Assembly: GCA_944326645.1 (NCBI GenBank)
Contig: CALVEW010000001.1
Location: 1-38,680 of the forward strand
Direction of reading: 5' to 3'
DNA: 38,680 nt
Origin: Candidatus Gastranaerophilales bacterium
Lineage (GTDB): Bacteria; Cyanobacteriota; Vampirovibrionia; Gastranaerophilales; Gastranaerophilaceae
This document shows positions 20,276 through 25,551 of the stretch, one piece after another; the first letter of the stretch is position 1; each line of letters starts with the position of its first letter. The position numbers and the translations under genes are program-made. The notes under the pieces are model-generated. The model was not told the DNA's origin and did not search any database. It worked only from the letters and a program-made list of their open reading frames with translations.

Positions 20276-21259
20276 TTATGAAGAATACAATAATAATACT
20301 ACACCAAATATTAAAGAAAAGCATACCATTAAGTTTCTCGCCTGATACATTCTTAACATAAATGCACCTGAACCTTCTTCAATTATTTCATCCCAATTTT
20401 CCATAAAATATTCAAAAAATTTTCTATCCGGTATTGCTTTTTTATCAATAATAAATATTTTTAACGAATCAATTAAATTGATTGCTAATGGAATTGTGAC
20501 ATAAGTAAGCATAATTTGCCAGTCAACTATATCAAATATTGCAGATAATAATACAGAAATATAAGAAATAGATAAAAGTTTTTTTTGGAAATTTAGACTA
20601 TCCCACTTGTCAGAAAACAAATTAGCTAAAGTTTTTTTCCTTTGTCTTTTATCTAAGTCATAGTCTAATAATGTATCAGTATAAAGCATGTTAACAGTCA
20701 TTAATGCTGAAGGGATTGAAACTATAATTGTTTTCCAATCATAATGTCCTGTCATTACATAATTTATACCTCCAAAAATATACGGGCCGTAAATTAAAAA
20801 TATTGCAATTTCACATAATCTAAACTTACCTAATATTGGATATAAAATAGCAAGTAGCCCCCCTAAAATCATAAAAATGATTGCTCCGATTCCAACATTT
20901 ATAGCAAAATATATTCCTATTAATGATGCAAGCCCAAAAAAGATAATTGCTAACATTAAAAGTTGAGCAGGTGTCATTGAAGAGTTTAAAATATAACTAC
21001 ATTTACCTTCTTGAGCATTTTCGAGTTGTAAATTATTATATTTATCATATTTTTTAGGTAAAATTTTAAAATCTATATAATCATCAAACATATTAGCAGC
21101 CAAATGTGCTAAAGAAATCCCTAATAAAGCAATAATACCATATATAGGATATCCGTTTTGTGTAATAGAATAACAAAATGCAACAAACCACGATAATATA
21201 GACATAGGAAGCGCATAACTTCTTGTAACAGTAAGCCAAAATTGTATTTTTTTTATCAT
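20276..21259 (-). CDS. UbiA-family (MenA-like) aromatic prenyltransferase
   Basis: 327-aa polytopic membrane protein with the Asp-rich motif NMFDDYIDF and a second YTDTLLDYDLD motif. Confidence 0.8.
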   Translation of the reverse strand: MIKKIQFWLTVTRSYALPMSILSWFVAFCYSITQNGYPIYGIIALLGISLAHLAANMFDDYIDFKILPKKYDKYNNLQLENAQEGKCSYILNSSMTPAQLLMLAIIFFGLASLIGIYFAINVGIGAIIFMILGGLLAILYPILGKFRLCEIAIFLIYGPYIFGGINYVMTGHYDWKTIIVSIPSALMTVNMLYTDTLLDYDLDKRQRKKTLANLFSDKWDSLNFQKKLLSISYISVLLSAIFDIVDWQIMLTYVTIPLAINLIDSLKIFIIDKKAIPDRKFFEYFMENWDEIIEEGSGAFMLRMYQARNLMVCFSLIFGVVLLLYSS

Positions 21260-21471
21260 CTAAAAATTCTCCCGAAAGACATAACATCTTCGTATGAAGC
21301 TCCTGCTTCTAATAACTCTTCTGCAGCAACTCCAAATAATGTAATCAACTCTATGGCTTCTGTTTTTTGATTAATATTTTCTACAATTTTTTCTATTGCA
21401 GCTTCTCTAGTTAAATTAGATATTTGTCTATTAACTCCTAATGCAAGACTTCTTCTTTTAGCTTTACCCAT
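21256..21471 (-). CDS. Hypothetical 71-aa protein
   Basis: SD GAGGA 6 nt upstream. Its start overlaps the ROK stop by 8 nt and its stop overlaps the ubiA start (ATGA), which indicates translational coupling. Confidence 0.6.
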   Translation of the reverse strand: MGKAKRRSLALGVNRQISNLTREAAIEKIVENINQKTEAIELITLFGVAAEELLEAGASYEDVMSFGRIFR

Positions 21472-22351
21472 TGCTATCCTCTAAAGCCTTAATTGCTAAT
21501 AATCCGGCACCTATCATGCCTGAATAATTTCCGGCTGTTGCTAATTTTACTTTTATAGGAGTAGTTACAATTTCACTATTTACTTCTTTTTCAACTAGTT
21601 CAGTATCAACAAACTGAGCCATTGATCCTGATAATACTACACAATCGGGATCAAATAAATTAGCCAGTCCGACTATTCCAATTTTTATATGATTCTGCCA
21701 TGTAGATAAAATTTCTTTCATTAGAGGGTTTCCTTTGTCCACTCCTTCAACCACGTCATAAGTTGTGATATCTTCATTTCCGCTCATTTCTTCAGCAGTT
21801 TTCTTTAATCCTGTTCCTGACGCGTATGCTTCAAAACAATCATAACTACCGCATGTACATTTTCGACGTTTATCAGGGTACATCTTGAAATGCATCTCAC
21901 CTGCTGCACCTGATTTCCCTTTTAACAATTTATTATCAATTATAATTCCACCGCCTACACCTGTTCCTAATGTTAGCATGACTGAATATGCACAACCTTT
22001 TGATGCTCCCACTTCATGCTCTGCCCATGCTGCACAATTAGCATCATTTTCTACAAAAACAGGTAATTTACTTAATGATGCAAAATCAAATTCTCTATAA
22101 TTTTTTGCTAAATTTCCTGTGGAACTTATTACTCTAGTGTTTTCATTATTGACCGCACCAGCTGTTGATATACCTATTGTATCTACATTATTTTCATATT
22201 TTTTTACTGCAGATAGTACAATTTCTTGTATTTCTTCTAAAGTTTTTGGTGTGGAATGCTTTTCTACTTCACCTACAATTTGACCATTTTCATCTACTAT
22301 TGTGTGATAAATCTTTGTTCCACCAATATCAAATGTTAATGCTTTTTTCAT
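21464..22351 (-). CDS. ROK-family sugar kinase (glucokinase / N-acetylmannosamine kinase-like)
   Basis: N-terminus FDIGGTKI, the motif ENDANCAAWAE.GA..G, and the zinc motif CTCGSYDCFEAYASG. Confidence 0.88.
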   Translation of the reverse strand: MKKALTFDIGGTKIYHTIVDENGQIVGEVEKHSTPKTLEEIQEIVLSAVKKYENNVDTIGISTAGAVNNENTRVISSTGNLAKNYREFDFASLSKLPVFVENDANCAAWAEHEVGASKGCAYSVMLTLGTGVGGGIIIDNKLLKGKSGAAGEMHFKMYPDKRRKCTCGSYDCFEAYASGTGLKKTAEEMSGNEDITTYDVVEGVDKGNPLMKEILSTWQNHIKIGIVGLANLFDPDCVVLSGSMAQFVDTELVEKEVNSEIVTTPIKVKLATAGNYSGMIGAGLLAIKALEDSNG

Positions 22352-22364
22352 TGATTAAATCCCT

Positions 22365-22550
22365 TTATTCAAAATGATGATATTTATATTTTGATGCAAT
22401 CTCTCTATTTGCTGCAGAAATTACACGGCTTACAAACGGATAAAAACGTGCATCACGAATTGGATTGCCATTTTCATCTGTTAAGGCAAATTTCGGATAT
22501 ATTGTTTCTTCTTCTTCAACGTATTCTTCTGTTGTAAGTTCTTCGTCCAT
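22365..22550 (-). CDS. Hypothetical 61-aa acidic protein
   Basis: SD AAGGT 5 nt upstream, inside the nanE 3' end. The start lies 1 nt after the nanE stop. Confidence 0.55.
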   Translation of the reverse strand: MDEELTTEEYVEEEETIYPKFALTDENGNPIRDARFYPFVSRVISAANREIASKYKYHHFE

Positions 22551-22551
22551 T

Positions 22552-23244
22552 TTATACCTTATATTTTTCGTCTAATCCATTTATGAAACGTTTAGTTATT
22601 AATTGAGGTCTTGTAATTGCAGACCCTATCACAACCGCATGAGCACCTAACTCAAATGCTCTATTAATTTGTTCAGGCTCCCATATTCTACCCTCTAAGA
22701 TTACAGGTTTATCTGTTTCTTTTACCAAAGCCTCTAATAATTTAAAATCAGGGCCATCTCCCTCTATTGGAGATTGTGTAGTATATCCTGATAATGTAGT
22801 TGATAATATATCAACTCCTAAATTGGCACAATTTATACCTTCTTCTAATGTAGAAATATCTGCCATTGATTTTCTACGATTAATTTTTATATATTTAATA
22901 ATTTCTTCTAAAGTACATTTAGGACGAGGTCTTGATGTACCATCAAATGCTACAATATCTGCACCCGCTTGGATTAAATCTACAACATCCTTCAAAGTTG
23001 GTGTGATATAAACTATTTCTTTCCAATTCTTTGGAATAACATCAGGCTTTGTTAACCCTATTACAGGCACATCAGAAATAGCTTTAGCTATTTTTACATC
23101 TCTTACTCCTGCAACTCTTAAACCTTGAGCACCACCATTCAATACCGATTTTATCATCGCAGTCATACATTCTTCTCTGTATAACGGTTCACTTGGCATT
23201 GCCTGACAAGAAACAATTATTTTATTTTTTAATTTTTTTATCAT
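22552..23244 (-). CDS. nanE: N-acetylmannosamine-6-phosphate 2-epimerase
   Basis: 230 aa. IVSCQAMPSEPL...GGAQGLRV...PVIGLTK and a C-terminal GAHAVVIGSAITRP, typical of NanE. Confidence 0.9.
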   Translation of the reverse strand: MIKKLKNKIIVSCQAMPSEPLYREECMTAMIKSVLNGGAQGLRVAGVRDVKIAKAISDVPVIGLTKPDVIPKNWKEIVYITPTLKDVVDLIQAGADIVAFDGTSRPRPKCTLEEIIKYIKINRRKSMADISTLEEGINCANLGVDILSTTLSGYTTQSPIEGDGPDFKLLEALVKETDKPVILEGRIWEPEQINRAFELGAHAVVIGSAITRPQLITKRFINGLDEKYKV

Positions 23245-23334
23245 ATCCTTATTTTACTAAAAAAAATCAATCCATGTTTGATTATTACAAAAGGTAAAGA
23301 GTGGATATAATAATATTTTTCACTTAAATTTTAA

Positions 23335-23360
23335 TAAAAAAAAGACCCTCAAAAGGGTCT
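23335..23360 (-). terminator. Rho-independent terminator downstream of the 51-aa ORF
   Basis: 7-bp stem AGACCCT/AGGGTCT with a 4-nt loop. On the - strand it is followed by a U-run of 7 or more (+ strand A-run 23336-23342). Confidence 0.7.
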
Positions 23361-23433
23361 GAAAATTAAGTTAGTGGGAATTAAGTTGAGTTAAGTTAAG
23401 TTATACTTTGTTTAACCCAAACACAACTCCTGT

Positions 23434-23589
23434 CTACAGTTTGAATTTTGTTCGGTTGTTAAATGCCAATATTCTCATCTCTTCAAATAAAATATCTCTT
23501 TGATCAGTTGGTTCTGCATCAAGCTTTTTAAATTCTTCAGATATTTCGTTTGCTTTTGCATTAATATCATAGATGTTCAATACTGCCAT
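23434..23589 (-). CDS. Hypothetical 51-aa helical protein (hand-translated)
   Basis: ATG 23589 with SD AGGTGAG 4-5 nt upstream. Product is MAVLNIYDINAKANEISEEFKKLDAEPTDQRDILFEEMRILAFNNRTKFKL. It has its own predicted promoter and terminator. Confidence 0.5.
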   Translation of the reverse strand: MAVLNIYDINAKANEISEEFKKLDAEPTDQRDILFEEMRILAFNNRTKFKL

Positions 23590-23656
23590 TGCTCTCACCT
23601 GCGATTCTTCTTAGTTTCTCTCTCTTAATATCTCTTGTGTTTATTTAATGCTTACT

Positions 23657-23685
23657 TATATATAAAGTATATACTCATCTCTCAA
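23657..23685 (-). promoter_or_regulatory. Predicted promoter of the 51-aa ORF
   Basis: On the - strand, TTGAGA, a 17-nt spacer, then TATATA. Confidence 0.4.
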
Positions 23686-23818
23686 TTTCACATGTTTTGT
23701 TTTTTGTAATAATTGTTTACAAAAGGAGGTTGGTGGATTCAAGAAGACAGTAATCAAGGAATCAAGAGGGAACGACTTGTGACTCGGATTTTTATCCACT
23801 TTTTGGGATACACTTCAT

Positions 23819-23850
23819 CACCCTTTCCTAGGGAGAGGGTGGGGTGAGGG
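23819..23850 (+). other. G-tract element: 10-bp hairpin overlapping a canonical G-quadruplex motif
   Basis: CACCCTTTCC-tag-GGAGAGGGTG (23819-23841). It has one G:U pair on the + strand that would be a C-A mismatch on the - strand. GGGAGAGGGTGGGGTGAGGG (23831-23850) is four G3+ runs with loops of 1-3 nt. Confidence 0.5.
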
Positions 23851-23910
23851 TTAGTCAATTTAAACACTATTCAAAGTGTAGGGTACAATTTATTGCTCCA
23901 TACTACTATC

Positions 23911-23998
23911 ATATTGAATTTATTAAATGGTGGGCACGCATTCGCTTTGCCCACACTACTTACTTAGTAATTAACAAGAATAATTTGTTGGGTTGCAC
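23911..23998 (+). repeat. Direct repeat copy A (44-bp block, variable linker, 22-bp block)
   Basis: 23911-23954 is identical to 24403-24446, and 23977-23998 is identical to 24454-24475. Contains the hairpin GTGGGCA-N11-TGCCCAC. Copy A also has GTTGGGT-tgc-ACCCAAC. Confidence 0.9.
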
Positions 23999-24023
23999 CC
24001 AACCTACAACTTGCTAATAAATA

Positions 24024-24032
24024 TGATATAAT
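24024..24032 (+). promoter_or_regulatory. Extended -10 promoter TGaTATAAT of the ORF24 transcript
   Basis: Perfect TGnTATAAT. The -35 region is weak. Predicted +1 is near A24039. Confidence 0.45.
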
Positions 24033-24108
24033 TATTTAAAGGGTAACACTCACACTTACCACCGACACACGCAGTAGAATGGAAACTGGTCGGAAAGGGG
24101 GTGATACT

Positions 24109-24183
24109 ATGGAAAGATATCAATTAAAAAGTGCTATCAAGCTACTGATAACACTTTTACAAATAATTGACATTTTACTGTAG
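24109..24183 (+). CDS. 24-aa hydrophobic/amphipathic peptide, candidate type I toxin (module 1)
   Basis: AAGGGGGTGAT (near-perfect extended anti-16S complement) lies 4-5 nt before ATG 24109. Product is MERYQLKSAIKLLITLLQIIDILL. Hand-translated. Confidence 0.45.
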   Translation: MERYQLKSAIKLLITLLQIIDILL

Positions 24184-24224
24184 GGAGTGAATGGTTCAGG
24201 AATTAGCACTTCCTGAACTCCCTT
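24126..24224 (-). ncRNA. Predicted antisense RNA of about 99 nt, convergent with and overlapping the 3' half of the ORF24 mRNA
   Basis: +1 is predicted at 24224 from the promoter at 24231-24258. It ends at a 10-bp stem AGUGUUAUCA/UGAUAGCACU (one G:U pair) plus U4-5, at 24155-24126, inside the ORF24 coding sequence. Confidence 0.45.
24183..24222 (+). terminator. 3' stem-loop of the ORF24 transcript
   Basis: GGGA-(7-nt bulge)-GTTCAGGAA-ttagcac-TTCCTGAAC-TCCC, starting inside the stop codon. The downstream tail TTATTAATATT is A/T-rich rather than a clean T-run. Confidence 0.45.
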
Positions 24225-24230
24225 ATTAAT

Positions 24231-24258
24231 ATTATACCGTATTTTTACATTTTTTCAA
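24231..24258 (-). promoter_or_regulatory. Near-consensus promoter of antisense RNA 1
   Basis: On the - strand, TTGAAA, a 16-nt spacer, then TATAAT. Confidence 0.5.
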
Positions 24259-24402
24259 TATTATCCTAAATTTCAATATTAATAATAGTTTCAGATAAGA
24301 AGCCAATAGATATGTATGATTTGTTAATCAGAGAACAAAATTGTTTGTCAGTATAGCAATGCTAACCTTGCTTACTAAAAAGTTTTGTTTTGTTGTGCTA
24401 TA

Positions 24403-24475
24403 ATATTGAATTTATTAAATGGTGGGCACGCATTCGCTTTGCCCACCATACTTAGAATAATTTGTTGGGTTGCAC
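24403..24475 (+). repeat. Direct repeat copy B
   Basis: See copy A. The hairpin GGTGGGCA-N11-TGCCCACC lies about 60 nt downstream of the 189-aa gene stop on the - strand and may act as its terminator. TGcTATAAT (24396-24404) abuts the left repeat edge. Confidence 0.9.
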
Positions 24476-24505
24476 TACTTACTAATTTTATTCTAATTTT
24501 TGCAC

Positions 24506-25075
24506 TCAAGTTTTACCATTACCAATCATGTCTTTTAAAGAATCAGCCATATGATCATAAAGGAAAACTTCTGAGTGAATTATTTTCATATTTTCTCCTT
24601 CACCTCTTGTGATTGTAAATAGAATTGAGTTATCAGGGAAATTCTTATCTATTTCTTTCAATGTAGAACTAGAACCATGAGTAAGTGTCATTGAATCGCC
24701 ACGCGAAGCAATTCCAGATTTATAAACAGATTTAAGCCTATTGTACATATCTTCATAAGTTACATTCTCAATTTTTGAAACACCATTAGCAGAAGCTTTT
24801 TTTGCAGCCTTATAAGATTTAACATCTAGTCCTACTTTGCTAGCAGCTTTTTCTAATTCTTTGAAGGCAGACTTATTTTTTATTGCCAAACCAGCAATTA
24901 CTGCTACTGCAAGAGCTCCTGCTCCAATACCTACCTTCATGCCGGTACTCATCTTTTTGTCATTGTTTTCTGCAGGTTTTTGAGAAGAAGTATTGTCTAT
25001 CGGTTTTGAAGCAACTGTATTTACACCATTACCCAAATTTGTTCCACTTACATTTAAACCAGTTACACCAGACAT
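24506..25075 (-). CDS. Hypothetical 189-aa single-pass membrane protein
   Basis: Start set to ATG 25075 (SD AAGGAAGG 6 nt upstream) rather than the track start at 25120. Gly/Asn/Ser-rich N-terminus, one TM segment GMKVGIGAGALAVAVIAGLAI, and a C-domain of about 110 aa. No recognised family. Confidence 0.7.
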   Translation of the reverse strand: MSGVTGLNVSGTNLGNGVNTVASKPIDNTSSQKPAENNDKKMSTGMKVGIGAGALAVAVIAGLAIKNKSAFKELEKAASKVGLDVKSYKAAKKASANGVSKIENVTYEDMYNRLKSVYKSGIASRGDSMTLTHGSSSTLKEIDKNFPDNSILFTITRGEGENMKIIHSEVFLYDHMADSLKDMIGNGKT

Positions 25076-25172
25076 AATTAACCTTCCTTTTATTTTGTTT
25101 CTATATTTATATAAAAACAAGGAAAAATATTAATTTGCCCGCCCCGCCACATCATATCATATCATATAGCAG

Positions 25173-25200
25173 ATTATACCTGAGTTTCAGCCTTTGCAAA
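25173..25200 (-). promoter_or_regulatory. Predicted promoter of the 189-aa gene
   Basis: On the - strand, TTTGCA, a 16-nt spacer, then a perfect TATAAT. This gives a leader of about 90 nt. Confidence 0.4.
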
Positions 25201-25256
25201 ACCATTTTAATATTTCGTTACATTATTAATACCTTGCAAATGCTATTTAATTTAAA

Positions 25257-25285
25257 TAGACAAATAAAAGTAAATATAGTAATAT
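25257..25285 (+). promoter_or_regulatory. Promoter of the ORF29 transcript
   Basis: TAGACA, a 17-nt spacer, then TAATAT. Predicted +1 is at A25292. Confidence 0.5.
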
Positions 25286-25382
25286 GATTCCACAGGGTAA
25301 AAGTAACTCTTTTCAAAAGGAAAGCTAACCAACAAAATTAGTTAAGACTTCGGGTTAGCTCCCGACTAGAAGGGAGGTCTAT

Positions 25383-25472
25383 ATGGATAATTTCAATATT
25401 AGTTTATTATTAATCTTTCTGATTTTATACATATTAAAAAACGGCTCTTACCCAAAAGGCAAGAACCGCTAA
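25383..25472 (+). CDS. 29-aa hydrophobic peptide with a basic tail, candidate type I toxin (module 2)
   Basis: SD GGGAGG lies 5 nt before ATG 25383. Product is MDNFNISLLLIFLILYILKNGSYPKGKNR. Hand-translated. Confidence 0.5.
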   Translation: MDNFNISLLLIFLILYILKNGSYPKGKNR

Positions 25473-25516
25473 GACTTCTACAGAGTTATTGACAGTCTAG
25501 CAAACTGTCACCCTGT
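25436..25516 (-). ncRNA. Predicted antisense RNA of about 81 nt, convergent with and overlapping the 3' end of the ORF29 mRNA
   Basis: +1 is predicted at 25516. It ends at an 11-bp stem CGGUUCUUGCC/GGUAAGAGCCG (two G:U pairs that are C-A mismatches on the + strand), loop UUUUG, then U6 (25468-25436), inside the ORF29 coding sequence. Confidence 0.5.
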
Positions 25517-25530
25517 ATATTTATTATTTA
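25491..25530 (+). terminator. 3' stem-loop and T-rich tail of the ORF29 transcript
   Basis: GACAGT-ctagcaa-ACTGTC (25491-25509), then ACCCTGTATATTTATTATTT. Confidence 0.4.
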
Positions 25531-25551
25531 CTATGTTCCTAAATTTGTCAA
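25523..25551 (-). promoter_or_regulatory. Near-consensus promoter of antisense RNA 2
   Basis: On the - strand, a perfect TTGACA, a 17-nt spacer, then AATAAT. Confidence 0.55.

Noticed and set aside
23361-23405. TTAAGT-rich stretch (TTAAGTTAGTGGGAATTAAGTTGAGTTAAGTTAAGTTA).
   Set aside because: It is a short, imperfect, low-complexity repeat in a 3' UTR. It is not a CRISPR array and not a defined tandem repeat unit.
23737-23847. 35-codon frame after the orphan SD, which would need an ATT start 7 nt downstream of AGGAGG ((M)QEDSNQGIKRERLVTRIFIHFLGYTSSPFPRERVG).
   Set aside because: ATT initiation is very rare. There is no matching antisense promoter and terminator pair like those in modules 1 and 2. 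At most it is a decayed third module, so it is not called as a CDS.
23987-24003. GTTGGGT-tgc-ACCCAAC matches the integron core and inverse-core consensus (GTTRRRY/RYYYAAC).
   Set aside because: At 17 bp it is far shorter than an attC site. There is no integrase in the window, and the second arm is missing in repeat copy B.
24420-24449. TGGTGGGCACGCATTCGCTTTGCCCACCA resembles a tRNA 3' end (TTCG-containing loop, terminal CCACCA), which could mark an integration att site.
   Set aside because: The stem and loop geometry does not fit a T-arm: the loop is 11 nt, the conserved A58 is absent, and the flanks do not pair as a 5-bp T-stem. No cloverleaf can be drawn and there is no integrase.
24385-24612. 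75-aa + strand track ORF spanning repeat copy B and the 3' end of the 189-aa gene.
   Set aside because: It has a non-ATG start and no SD, overlaps a better-supported reverse-strand gene, and begins inside a non-coding repeat that is also present at 23911, where no ORF exists.
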